DNA of 64,000 nt, taken from the NCBI GenBank assembly GCA_044229975.1, contig JBGARZ010000003.1:352001-416000 (forward strand), given 5' to 3'. The notes beneath the pieces are model-generated. The model did no database searches, had not been told where the DNA came from, and saw only the letters and a list, made by a program, of their open reading frames with translations. Origin of the DNA: Polyangiales bacterium (GTDB taxonomy: Bacteria; Myxococcota_A; Polyangia; Polyangiales; Ga0077539). Positions 9,793 to 19,166 of the stretch are shown piece after piece. Numbering within the stretch: position 1 is the stretch's first letter; the number at the start of each line of letters is the position of its first letter. The position numbers were made by a program, and so were the translations under genes.

Positions 9793-11318
9793 CGCTCCAC
9801 CTGATCTTCGTTGACCCGCTCGCCCGTCGTCCCGCCCATGGGGCCGAGCCACGACTCCATGTCCGCCGTCGGCGCCGCCACCTCGGCCGAGCCGCGAACG
9901 ATCACCCGCGCCGACCCTTCGCCCGCCGTCACCCGGATGCGCACCGTGGCAGCACCCAACCGCGCGTCGACCGCCCAGCCCAGCAGCGCCTCCAGCGCAC
10001 GCCGCGCGCGACCGTCGATCTCCACCACGGCCAGCGTGAGGTCGGCGCCGTTCACGTCGACGCGTACGCCCTCGGCGTCCAGGCGCGCGGCGATGCCCTG
10101 CTGCGCGGCGCGGACGAGCCCGCCGAGGGCCTGCACCCGCACGCCGTCCGGCTCTGGCGCGTTGACCGGGAGCAGCGCCTCGGCCGCCCGCGCGAGCTCG
10201 GAGTGGCTGTCACCGCGAAGGGCCTCAACGCAGCGCGCGAGCACGGCGCGGGTCGCCGCGAGGGTCTGCTCGGGCCCGCCATCGAGCACGATGAGGGCGG
10301 GGCAGCGTTCGCCGTCGGGGGCGTACGCGGCGATCCAGCGCACCCGCAGCGGGCCTTCGTCGAGCCATGACGGAGAGACGCTCACCTCGCGGGTGAAGCC
10401 GTCCTCGATGAGGCGATCGACGGCCTCTCGACACGGCGCGAGCTCGGGCAGCTCGGTGCAGCGCGACTGCTCGTCGTGGGGCCGCAGCGCGAGGAGGCGA
10501 CGCGCGACGGCGTTGGCGCGCACCGGGCGGCGCGCGGCGTCGTACAGGACGACCCCGACGGGGAGGTCGTCCATGACGGCGTAGAGGGTCGCGCGGTCGG
10601 CCCCCGAGGCGAGGAGCTTGCCGCGGAGCTGCGACGCGAGGTGCCCGAGCGCGGTGGACACCTCGCCGATCTCGTCGTCGCTGGGCTGCGGGAGCTCGGC
10701 CGCGAAGTCCCCTTCGGAGAACGACCGCGCCGCGAGCGCCATGTGCCGCAGCGGCTTGGACGCGACGAGCGCCGCGAGCAGGCTGAGCAGCGCGGCGACG
10801 GTGAGCGCGACGGCGCTGGTCTGTCGCATCACCGTACCCACGAGCACGGCCGCCGCGTCGACGGAGGACACCGGGCGGGAGAGACGAATCACCCCGCGCA
10901 CCGCGCCGCGGCCGGGGAAGCGCCGCGCCACGTAGAGCGTCACCTCGCCCGTGGTGGCCGAGCGGCGAACGCTCCACCCCTCGCCCACCGTGAAGGCTTC
11001 GCGCACCTCCTCGCGGTCGCCGTGGTTGCCGAGCGAGCCGTGTTGCGAGTCGCACACCACGCGCCCGCCCGGCTCGACGACGGTCATCCGCAGCGGGAGC
11101 GCCCCGCACAGGACGGCCACCTGATCGTCGAGGCGCTCGGGGGGCGCCGCGTCGAGGCGCGAGGTGAGGTGTTCGAGCTCGCGCTTCAGCTCGCCGTGGA
11201 CGACGTCGCGCTGCCGGCTGCGGAGGGAGGTCTGGAGATAGATGGCCGTCGGGACGAGCACGAGCCCGACGACCACGAGGTAGCTCAAGGCGAGCTTGAT
11301 GTGCAGCGGTACGCGCAC
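9768..11318 (-). CDS. PhoR-like membrane sensor (TM-periplasmic-TM-HAMP-PAS) with degenerate kinase core
   Basis: NHGDREEVREA..G.G...RRSATTG periplasmic motif, HAMP (PLRHM...DDEIGEV), PAS-like (LPVGVVLYD); no H-box, N-box or G-box recognisable. Confidence 0.7.
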   Translation of the reverse strand: MRVPLHIKLALSYLVVVGLVLVPTAIYLQTSLRSRQRDVVHGELKRELEHLTSRLDAAPPERLDDQVAVLCGALPLRMTVVEPGGRVVCDSQHGSLGNHGDREEVREAFTVGEGWSVRRSATTGEVTLYVARRFPGRGAVRGVIRLSRPVSSVDAAAVLVGTVMRQTSAVALTVAALLSLLAALVASKPLRHMALAARSFSEGDFAAELPQPSDDEIGEVSTALGHLASQLRGKLLASGADRATLYAVMDDLPVGVVLYDAARRPVRANAVARRLLALRPHDEQSRCTELPELAPCREAVDRLIEDGFTREVSVSPSWLDEGPLRVRWIAAYAPDGERCPALIVLDGGPEQTLAATRAVLARCVEALRGDSHSELARAAEALLPVNAPEPDGVRVQALGGLVRAAQQGIAARLDAEGVRVDVNGADLTLAVVEIDGRARRALEALLGWAVDARLGAATVRIRVTAGEGSARVIVRGSAEVAAPTADMESWLGPMGGTTGERVNEDQVERWVSLPLG

Positions 11319-11392
11319 GGCCCGCAGACCATACAGCGTTGGCGGGGGCGTTGCTGGCCATCGCGCGATGGTGGTATGCGCCCGTCTCGACC

Positions 11393-12358
11393 ATGCGACT
11401 CGCGACGCTTCGAGATGGTTCCCGTGATGGCGCGCTGATCGTGGTGATGCCGGACGGCAGGCACTACCGCCCGGCGCAGGCGGCCGCTCCCACGCTGCAG
11501 GCCGCCCTCGACCTTTGGGAGTCCGCCAGCGAGCGCCTCCAGGCCATCGCCCAGGGCGGCGACGAAGCGCTCCCGCTCGACCCCGCGCGCCTGCACTCGC
11601 CGCTGCCCCGCGCCTACGAGTGGATCGACGGCTCGGCCTACCTCAACCACGTCCGCCTCGTCCGCAAGGCGCGCAACGCCGAGCCCCCAGCCACACTGGA
11701 GACCGATCCGCTCATCTACCAGGGCGGCTCGGGGACCTTCCTCGGTCCGCGTGACGCGATGCCCTTGCGCGACCCGGCGTGGGGCCTCGACTTCGAGTCC
11801 GAGGTGGCCGTGGTGCTGGGCGACACCCCGATGGGGACGTCCGCCGCCGACGCGGCGAAGTACGTGCGGCTGGTGATGCTGGTCAACGATGTCACGCTGC
11901 GCAACCTCATCCCCGACGAGCTCGCGAAGGGCTTCGGGTTCTTCTGCTCCAAGCCCTCGACGGCGTTTTCGCCCTTCGCGCTGACGCCCGACGAGCTGGG
12001 CGACGCGTGGCAGGGCGGGCGCGTTCACCTGCGGTTGAAGACCGAGCTCGACGGCTCCGTTGTGGGCGACACCGACGCGGGCCCCGAGATGCACTTCTCC
12101 TTCTTCGATCTCATCGCCCACATCACGAAGTCCCGCGCGCTCACCGCCGGCACCATCCTCGGCAGCGGAACCGTCTCCAACGTCGACCGCGCTCGCGGCA
12201 TCTCCTGCCTCGCCGAGCGACGGATGCTGGAGATCATCGAGTCGGGCAAACCCGCGACGCCCTTCCTCAAGGCGGGGCAGACCGTTCGCATCAGCATGGC
12301 CGACGCCCACGGGCGCGACCTCTTCGGTGCCATCGAGCAGACGGTGGAGTCGGTATGA
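11393..12358 (+). CDS. Fumarylacetoacetate hydrolase family protein
   Basis: MRLATLRDGSRDG, PLPRAYEWIDGSAY, LDFESEVAV, LVNDVTLRNL, GTILGSGTVSN; sits with maiA and hmgA. Confidence 0.9.
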   Translation: MRLATLRDGSRDGALIVVMPDGRHYRPAQAAAPTLQAALDLWESASERLQAIAQGGDEALPLDPARLHSPLPRAYEWIDGSAYLNHVRLVRKARNAEPPATLETDPLIYQGGSGTFLGPRDAMPLRDPAWGLDFESEVAVVLGDTPMGTSAADAAKYVRLVMLVNDVTLRNLIPDELAKGFGFFCSKPSTAFSPFALTPDELGDAWQGGRVHLRLKTELDGSVVGDTDAGPEMHFSFFDLIAHITKSRALTAGTILGSGTVSNVDRARGISCLAERRMLEIIESGKPATPFLKAGQTVRISMADAHGRDLFGAIEQTVESV

Positions 12359-12999
12359 AGCTCTACAACTACTGGCGAAGCTCGGCCTCCTGGCGCGTTC
12401 GCTTCGCCCTCGCCTACAAGAACATCCCCTTCGAGTACGTCCCCGTCTCGCTGGTGAAGGACGGCGGCGAGCAGCACGGCGACGCCTACCGCGCGCTCAA
12501 CCCCATGGCACAGGTGCCCACCCTGGAGTGGGTCGAGGGCGGAGAGACGCTGCGCCTCGGGCAGTCGCTCGCGATCATCGAGTTCGTCGACGGGCGCTTC
12601 GGCGGGCCGAAGCTCCTGCCCGAGAGCCCCTTCGTGCGCGCGAAGGTCCGGCAGCTCGCCGAGATCGTCAACGCGGGCATCCAGCCGCTGCAGAACCTCG
12701 AAGTGCTCCGCTACGTGCGCGAAGACCTCAAGGGCGACAGCACCGCCTGGGCGCGGCACTTCGTCGGCCACGGCATCCGCGCGCTCGAAGCCGAGGCCGT
12801 GCACACCGCGAGCACCTATCTCGTCGGCGACGCCGTGACCCTCGCCGACTGCTGCCTCGTGCCGCAGCTCTACGCCTGCCGGCGCTTTGGCGTCGACGTG
12901 TCGGAGTGCCCGACGCTGCTGCGGGTCGAGGCCGCGCTCCACGCCCTCGACGCGTACAAGGTCTCGCGCCCCGAGGCGCAGCCCGACGCCCAACCGTAG
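12355..12999 (+). CDS. maiA: Maleylacetoacetate isomerase (GST zeta class)
   Basis: ATGA overlap with upstream gene; MKLYNYWRSSASWRVR, QVP, QSLAII, GIQPLQN. Confidence 0.92.
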   Translation: MKLYNYWRSSASWRVRFALAYKNIPFEYVPVSLVKDGGEQHGDAYRALNPMAQVPTLEWVEGGETLRLGQSLAIIEFVDGRFGGPKLLPESPFVRAKVRQLAEIVNAGIQPLQNLEVLRYVREDLKGDSTAWARHFVGHGIRALEAEAVHTASTYLVGDAVTLADCCLVPQLYACRRFGVDVSECPTLLRVEAALHALDAYKVSRPEAQPDAQP

Positions 13000-13036
13000 A
13001 CCCCTCCCACTCCCCCTTCGGAGAGCGACACCACCC

Positions 13037-14200
13037 ATGCTCGAACGCATCGTCCACGGAGAGGTTCCGGCGAAGCACCACATCGCGTCGCGCGGCCCCG
13101 ACGGCGCCCTGCGCCACGAGGAGTGCATCACCCGCGAGGGCTTCGACGGCCCGTACACCATCGCGTATCACCTCGACCGCCCGCACACGCACCGCCCCGT
13201 CGAGAGCGCCCACGGCTGGCCCGCGCCCGAGGCCGTCGCCCCCGCCGCCGCGCTCCGCAAGCGGCACTTCCTCACGCAGTCCATGACCCCGCGCCGCGGC
13301 CCCGCGGTCGACGCCCGCACGCCGCTGCTCTTCAACGACGACGTGGTGGTCTCGGCCGCCTTCCCCGACGCCGACGACCCGGTCTACGTCTCCAACGGCG
13401 ACGGCGACGACCTCATCTTCGTGCACGCGGGCGGCGGCGTCGTGCGCTCCATCCTCGGCGACCTGCCCTTCGGCCCCGACGACTACGTGTGCATCCCGCG
13501 GGGCATCCCGCATCGCATCATCCTCACGCCGGGCGTCGCGCAGCACTGGCTCGTCATCGAGTGCCGCGGTGGGCTTCATCTCCCGAAGCAGTGGCGCAAC
13601 GAGGTCGGCCAGCTCCGCATGGACGCGCCGTACTGCCACCGCGACTTCCGCCCGGTGAGCTTCCGCGGCCCGCTCGACGAGGGCATCCGCACGGTGCTCG
13701 TGAAGCGCATGGACCGCTTCCACGCCTTCGCGCTCGACCACTCGCCGCTCGACGTCGTCGGCTGGGACGGCTCGGTCTATCCCTTCGTCTTCCCCATCCT
13801 CAACTTCCAGCCCCGCGCGGGGCTCGTGCATTTGCCGCCCACATGGCACGGCACCTTCGCGGCGCGCGGCGCGCTCATCTGTTCGTTCGTCCCGCGCATG
13901 GTCGACTTCCACCCCGAGGCCATCCCCTGCCCGTACCCGCACAGCTCGGTCGACTGCGACGAGGTGCTCTTCTACGTGCGCGGCAACTTCACGTCGCGGC
14001 GGGGTGTCGGGCCCGGCAGCGTGTCGTACCATCCGCAGGGCATCGCCCACGGCCCCCACCCGGGCGCCTACGAGGGCAGCCTCGGATCACGCCAGACCAG
14101 CGAGCTCGCCGTGATGATCGACACCTTCAAGCCCCTGTCGGCGACGCCGTTCGCGGTGCCAGTGGAAGACCTTTCGTACCAGGGCAGCTTCATCGCATAG
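13037..14200 (+). CDS. hmgA: Homogentisate 1,2-dioxygenase
   Basis: REGF, NGDGDDLIF, SPLDVVGWDG, HLPPTWH, FVPR, PYPHSSVDCDE, HGP motifs. Confidence 0.9.
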   Translation: MLERIVHGEVPAKHHIASRGPDGALRHEECITREGFDGPYTIAYHLDRPHTHRPVESAHGWPAPEAVAPAAALRKRHFLTQSMTPRRGPAVDARTPLLFNDDVVVSAAFPDADDPVYVSNGDGDDLIFVHAGGGVVRSILGDLPFGPDDYVCIPRGIPHRIILTPGVAQHWLVIECRGGLHLPKQWRNEVGQLRMDAPYCHRDFRPVSFRGPLDEGIRTVLVKRMDRFHAFALDHSPLDVVGWDGSVYPFVFPILNFQPRAGLVHLPPTWHGTFAARGALICSFVPRMVDFHPEAIPCPYPHSSVDCDEVLFYVRGNFTSRRGVGPGSVSYHPQGIAHGPHPGAYEGSLGSRQTSELAVMIDTFKPLSATPFAVPVEDLSYQGSFIA

Positions 14201-14233
14201 ACTGCCCCTTCGACCGTCAGGAGCACCCGCAGG

Positions 14234-16336
14234 GTGGAATCCACCGCCAACCGAGGACAACGCATCGCCCAGCGCTTCGAGCTCGACGCCCTCCTCTCGG
14301 ACGTCGGCCTCGGTGAGTGCTGGAGCGCGCAGGATCTCCAGCGCCCCGACTCTCCGGCGCAGGTGGAGTTCTTGAGCGCGCCGACGGCGAGCGGCCCGGC
14401 GACGCGTGAAGCCTTCGAGGCGCACATCACGCGGCTGCGCCCGGTGAGCAACCCCGGCCTCCTCGGGGTCATCGCCGGCGCCGAGGTGGACGGTCGGTTG
14501 GTGGTGGTGACCGAGCGCCTCGAAGGCCGCTCGCTCTCCAACTGGATCGCCGGGCACAAGCAGGCGGGCACCCGACCGAGCTTCACGGTGGTGCAGCGCA
14601 TCTTCGACAAGGTGTGCAACGCGATGCAGTTCGCCCACGGGGTGTCGCCGCAGCCGGTGGTGCACCGCGCGCTCACCCCGCGCAGCATCCTCCTGCGTCG
14701 GATGAGCCCGGGGCAGCACCACGTGAAGGTCGGCGACTTCGGGCTCGCGCCGTTTTCGCCGGGCGCGCGCACCGGCACCATCGGCGCGTGGTGGGAGTAC
14801 CAGGCCCCCGAGCAGCACGGCGGCCGCTGGAACGAACCGCCCACCGCCGACGTCTTCGCCCTCGCGGTGGTGCTCACCGAGCTGCTCACCCTCTCCGCGC
14901 TGCCGCGCTCGGAGGGCCGCGAGACCTGGTGGCAGTACGTCAAGGAGAGCCGGGCCTCGGCCGCCGATCGCCTGCTGCAACTCCGGCAGGATGTTCCGCG
15001 CGCGGTGTGGGAGGCCATCGGGGCCGCGATGAAGCCGTCGCCCAAGGAGCGCACCGCGTCGGTGCAGCGCTTCCAGCGGGCCGTCCGCGACGCGTGGCAG
15101 GCCGCCGGCGAGTGGCAGACCACCGCGGGCACCGAGGCCGAACCACCGACTCCCACCAGCGTCTCGGACAACACCTCGCTCGTCCGCGCAGCGCCAGGGG
15201 CCTACGGCTCGGGCACCTCCATCGACGGCTGGCAGGCCCCCGAACGCCTCCAGGTTCCGCAATCGCCGACGCGACCCTCGATGCCCGACCCGGCGCCCGC
15301 GCGGTCGTCCGAGCCGCTGATGCACTACCCCGAGGCGCCCTTCGCGACGCCGGTCGATCCGCCCCAGTGGCAGCCCGCGCCCGCCAACGCCGCGCCCGCG
15401 CTACGTCAGGCCGTCTCCGAGTCGACGGAGATGATCGACCTCGCCCAGCACGGCGCCTTCACGCGCCCCTCCATCGATTCGCTGGTGCGGCAGGAGAGCA
15501 CCATGGCGCTCGACATCGCGTCGCTCGACCCGCGCTCGTTCGCGCACCCCGCCAACCAGTACGGCACCGTCGTCGAGGGACAGCACCCGTCGTCGATGCT
15601 CTTCGGTGACTCCTTCGAGGGTGGCTCCGACCTCGACCCGGGCGTCGGCACCCAGGTGATGTCCCAGCCCCTCGGCGGCGACACCGAGCCGCCTCCGCCC
15701 GACCCCTACGACGACGTCCCGCCGCCCGACGCGTCCAACACCACCCGCGCCATCGACACGGCCGAAGCCTTCGCGCAGCTCGATCGGCAGGCCGGTCGGC
15801 CCCCGGCCGCGGCCATGGCCACCATGAAGGCCCCCGTCTCGTCGCGCGGGTTCAAGCCCACCGCGCCGCGCCGCGACCCGGTCGACCCCGACCTCCTCGC
15901 GACCCGACCCATGCAGGCCATCCGCCCGGCGACCATGGCGCCCAACGGCTTCTTCCCTTCGGCCGTGCAGCCCGGCGGCGACCCGTCCGGTGACCCCTTT
16001 GCGCGCCCGTCGCTCTCGGGTGACCCCTTCGGCGGCGACCCCTTTCGCCCGGCCTCGTCGGTTCCGTCGCAGCCGCCCGTCGAACCCACCATGGCCATCC
16101 CCATCGAGGCCATGCTCGCCGGGTCGCAGCCCCCCTACGGTCGTCCGTCCAACCCGGGCGCGCCGATGCCCACAGCTTTCGCGATGGGCGCCCCGCCGCG
16201 CACGTCCGAGTCCCTCTCGTCGCCGAAGCCCGCGTCCACCATCGCAGGCCAGCCCGCCTGGATCATGATCGCCATCGGCCTGCTCATCATCGTGAGCGTC
16301 GGCGCGTCGGCCTTCCTGCTCTCGGGCGGTCGCTGA
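14234..16336 (+). CDS. Ser/Thr kinase-like protein (probable pseudokinase) with Pro-rich linker and C-terminal TM helix
   Basis: Hanks-type motifs VKVGDFG, YQAPEQ, ADVFAL present; HRD replaced by HRA, VAIK replaced by AQVE; C-terminal WIMIAIGLLIIVSVGASAFLL. Confidence 0.8.
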   Translation: MESTANRGQRIAQRFELDALLSDVGLGECWSAQDLQRPDSPAQVEFLSAPTASGPATREAFEAHITRLRPVSNPGLLGVIAGAEVDGRLVVVTERLEGRSLSNWIAGHKQAGTRPSFTVVQRIFDKVCNAMQFAHGVSPQPVVHRALTPRSILLRRMSPGQHHVKVGDFGLAPFSPGARTGTIGAWWEYQAPEQHGGRWNEPPTADVFALAVVLTELLTLSALPRSEGRETWWQYVKESRASAADRLLQLRQDVPRAVWEAIGAAMKPSPKERTASVQRFQRAVRDAWQAAGEWQTTAGTEAEPPTPTSVSDNTSLVRAAPGAYGSGTSIDGWQAPERLQVPQSPTRPSMPDPAPARSSEPLMHYPEAPFATPVDPPQWQPAPANAAPALRQAVSESTEMIDLAQHGAFTRPSIDSLVRQESTMALDIASLDPRSFAHPANQYGTVVEGQHPSSMLFGDSFEGGSDLDPGVGTQVMSQPLGGDTEPPPPDPYDDVPPPDASNTTRAIDTAEAFAQLDRQAGRPPAAAMATMKAPVSSRGFKPTAPRRDPVDPDLLATRPMQAIRPATMAPNGFFPSAVQPGGDPSGDPFARPSLSGDPFGGDPFRPASSVPSQPPVEPTMAIPIEAMLAGSQPPYGRPSNPGAPMPTAFAMGAPPRTSESLSSPKPASTIAGQPAWIMIAIGLLIIVSVGASAFLLSGGR

Positions 16337-16388
16337 CGCGCGGGGCGCATTGACGCCGCACCGGGCCCTGTGATGCCATCCGAGACCG

Positions 16389-16796
16389 ATGCCCCCAGCC
16401 GCTCGCCTTGGTGACAACCACGTCTGCCCGAAGGTCGAACCCGGCCCCGTCCCTCACGTCGGCGGCCCCATCCTCCCGGCGTGTGAGCCCACGGTGCTCA
16501 TCGGCAACAAGGCCGCCGCCCGCGTCGGCGACATGGCCCAGTGCAACGCGCCCCCCGACAGCATCAAGATGGGCGAGCCCACGGTGCTCATCAACAACAA
16601 GCAGGCCGCCCGCCTCGGTGACCCCACCAACCACGGCGGGGTGATCGTTCAGGGAGAGCCCACCGTGCTCATCGGGTCGGTCTCGCAGGGCGCCGTGCTC
16701 AAGGCCGCCGCGAAGGCCGGCGTGCCGTTCTGCGAAGAGTGCGAGAAGGCCAGGGCGCGCATGCGCAACTCCACGGCCACCGCCGCGGCCCACTGA
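16389..16796 (+). CDS. PAAR domain protein with C-terminal PFCEEC tail
   Basis: PPAARLGDNHVCP, AAARVGD, QAARLGD..HGG repeats. Confidence 0.92.
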   Translation: MPPAARLGDNHVCPKVEPGPVPHVGGPILPACEPTVLIGNKAAARVGDMAQCNAPPDSIKMGEPTVLINNKQAARLGDPTNHGGVIVQGEPTVLIGSVSQGAVLKAAAKAGVPFCEECEKARARMRNSTATAAAH

Positions 16797-16836
16797 GCGT
16801 CTGCCGAGCGCTCCCTCTCCTCCAACACCGCCCACC

Positions 16837-17397
16837 GTGTCCGAACGACCCGAGTTCACCGATCGCATCGAGCATGTACGGTGGGTGCTACAGCAGCACC
16901 CGGCGCCGATGTTCGCGCTCGTCGACGCGGCCCGCGACGACCTCGTGCTGCCGACGGTGCTCCAGTCGGGTCTGCTCCACCGCTCGCTCTACGAAGGCTG
17001 GCAGGGCGAAGGGCTGTCGGACGTGGCGCCCTACCTCGTCGAGGTCCGGTCAGGTGACCCCTTCCTCGACACGCTCCTCGAACGCGGCTGGGGCGATAGC
17101 TGGGGGACGTTCCTGTTTTCGACGGAGGACTTCTTCTCGCTGCGCCGCCACCTCCGGCGCTTCTTGAAGGTGCAGTCCGAGGACGGCAAGAAGCTCTTCT
17201 TCCGCTACTACGACCCGCGCGTGCTCCGCAGCTACCTCCCGACGTGCACCCCCGACGAGCTCGCCCACTTCATGGGCCCCATCTCCTGGTGGGTCACCGA
17301 GGGCCACCGCGGCGAGACCCTGCTGCGCTTCACCCGCGGCGACGACGGCGTGCGCTGCGACACCGAGCCGCTGCCCGAGCCGCCGCCCGACCGCTGA
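16837..17397 (+). CDS. DUF4123 T6SS effector adaptor/chaperone
   Basis: FALVDAAR, SLYEG, APYLVE, WG, HLRRFL, FFRYYDPRVL. Confidence 0.88.
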   Translation: MSERPEFTDRIEHVRWVLQQHPAPMFALVDAARDDLVLPTVLQSGLLHRSLYEGWQGEGLSDVAPYLVEVRSGDPFLDTLLERGWGDSWGTFLFSTEDFFSLRRHLRRFLKVQSEDGKKLFFRYYDPRVLRSYLPTCTPDELAHFMGPISWWVTEGHRGETLLRFTRGDDGVRCDTEPLPEPPPDR

Positions 17398-17426
17398 CCC
17401 TCCCTCCCCCTGCCACAAGGCGCGCC

Positions 17427-18332
17427 ATGATCCTCAACCTGACGATCCTCAACGGAACCCACGCGGGCCACGCGGTGCAGATCTCCGCCGGCACGCCTCG
17501 CACCTTCGGCCGCGCGGCGCAGTCCGACGTGGTGCTCCAGGACGTCTACCTGTCCGACGTGCACTTCGCCCTCTACTGCGACGAGCAGGGCGCTCGCGTG
17601 CGCGACCTCCAGTCCCACAACGGAACCTTCCTCAACAACGCCCAGGTCACCGACGCCACGCTCAACAGCGGCGACCGCATCTCGGCCGGGCAGACCCTGT
17701 TCGAGGTCGCCCTCACCAGCCACGTTCTGGAGGTCCCCCCGAGCGCCGGCACCGACACGGGCGAGATCACCGCCGAAGACCTCATGCGCGGGATGCAGAG
17801 CGCCCCGCACGACTGCGCCCGCTGGGCCCTGCACGCCGAGGAGGGCAACTACTTCGCGATCATCGACTGCGCGCGCGGGCCCGACCTCATCACGCTGGTC
17901 AACCGCATCGAGGAGGAGTTCTGCGCCGTCGACGAGACGCGCGAGCCCGACGACCTCGGCGAGACGGCGCCCTTCCTCGTCGCGCTCACCCCGGCGTCGG
18001 ACGGCCTCGCCGACGTCTTCGAGGAGACCTGGGGCAACGGGTCGGCGATCTTCCTGGTGAGCGATCGACCGTTCATCGAGATCTACCAGCACCTCATCTC
18101 GCTGGTGACCTGGGACGATCAGGCCCGCCTCAACTCGGCGCCCTTCTGGGACCCGGCGCGCCTCGCCGATCACCTCGCCCGCTGCACCCCGGAGCAGGTC
18201 GAGCACTTCTTCGCGCCGCTCACCTGCCTCCTCGCCGAGAGCAACGACCCCCGGGTGATGACCCGCTACGCCCGCTCCCCCGAAGGCGCCGTCACCGCGA
18301 CCCCCATCGCGATGACCCTCCAGAACGCGTAG
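17427..18332 (+). CDS. FHA domain - DUF4123 fusion protein
   Basis: N-terminal FHA (TFGR, LSDVHF, DLQSHNGTFLN, LNSGDRI); C-terminal FAIIDCAR, APFLVAL, WG, HL, FWDPARL. Confidence 0.82.
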   Translation: MILNLTILNGTHAGHAVQISAGTPRTFGRAAQSDVVLQDVYLSDVHFALYCDEQGARVRDLQSHNGTFLNNAQVTDATLNSGDRISAGQTLFEVALTSHVLEVPPSAGTDTGEITAEDLMRGMQSAPHDCARWALHAEEGNYFAIIDCARGPDLITLVNRIEEEFCAVDETREPDDLGETAPFLVALTPASDGLADVFEETWGNGSAIFLVSDRPFIEIYQHLISLVTWDDQARLNSAPFWDPARLADHLARCTPEQVEHFFAPLTCLLAESNDPRVMTRYARSPEGAVTATPIAMTLQNA

Positions 18333-18343
18333 CCCGCGCGACC

Positions 18344-19144
18344 TCAGCGCAGCCCGCGCAGGCTCCCCTCGAAGCGGCCCACCATGATCGGAAACCGCAC
18401 CGCCTTGCCCTCCTCGTCGGGCTCGGTGCGCACCACCCCGCGGCCGTCCTTCGCGACGCACTCCAGCATCCGTCCGCCCGCGACCAGTCGATAGTCGAAC
18501 TGCTCGGCCACCAGCGGCGCCATCGCAAACGTCGGCTCGGCGAACATCTCGGCCAGCGCGGCCTCCGCGGCACGCTGCCGATCGGCCAGCGCCACGTCGA
18601 AGGCGATGCACACCTCGCGGTGGGCGATCTCGTTGTGCGCCCAGAACCCCGGGAAGCTCTTGCGCGCCAGGGCGCCGTGCATCGACTGCACGTAGCGCGT
18701 GGCCTCCTGCAGGAGCGCGCCGTCCATCTGAAGCACCTCTGCCCGCTCCCACGCCCAGGGCCCGAGGACGTCCTCGAACACGTGGGTCGCCCGCACCACG
18801 CGCGGAAACTCCAACGCACCATCGGCGAGCGTCTCGCCGAAGCGGAAGAGCGAGACCGTGTCGGGCTCACCCGGCTGCGTCCCCGGCGGGCAGCGCGCGG
18901 CATGCACCTTCACCGCGACGCCATCGCCCGGCAGCGTGCGCTTCTCGGTGCGGGCCACCGACGGCGTGGAGCCCGGGTTGATCACCACCTCGAAGAGGTT
19001 CTCTCCGCGAATGAGAACGTGATCGACCTGATGCATTCCCCCGCCGGCCGCCGCGGGCACCCGGAAGATCGGGATGTCATTGACCCAGACCTCGACGTCA
19101 CAGCCCTCGACGTCGACGTCGAGCACCACCAATGAGCGCGCCAT
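18344..19144 (-). CDS. Hypothetical protein, candidate T6SS immunity or accessory protein
   Basis: 266-aa ORF directly downstream of the candidate effector in the vgrG operon; role inferred from position only. Confidence 0.6.
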   Translation of the reverse strand: MARSLVVLDVDVEGCDVEVWVNDIPIFRVPAAAGGGMHQVDHVLIRGENLFEVVINPGSTPSVARTEKRTLPGDGVAVKVHAARCPPGTQPGEPDTVSLFRFGETLADGALEFPRVVRATHVFEDVLGPWAWERAEVLQMDGALLQEATRYVQSMHGALARKSFPGFWAHNEIAHREVCIAFDVALADRQRAAEAALAEMFAEPTFAMAPLVAEQFDYRLVAGGRMLECVAKDGRGVVRTEPDEEGKAVRFPIMVGRFEGSLRGLR

Positions 19145-19166
19145 ATCGAATGAACCCTCTTTGGTC

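Noticed and set aside
11393..14200. fahA-maiA-hmgA cluster without hppD
   Set aside because: Ordinary tyrosine catabolism; hppD is often encoded elsewhere
16350..16379. Sigma-70-like promoter (TTGACG...TGCCAT) before PAAR
   Set aside because: The -10 match is poor; it cannot be supported from sequence alone
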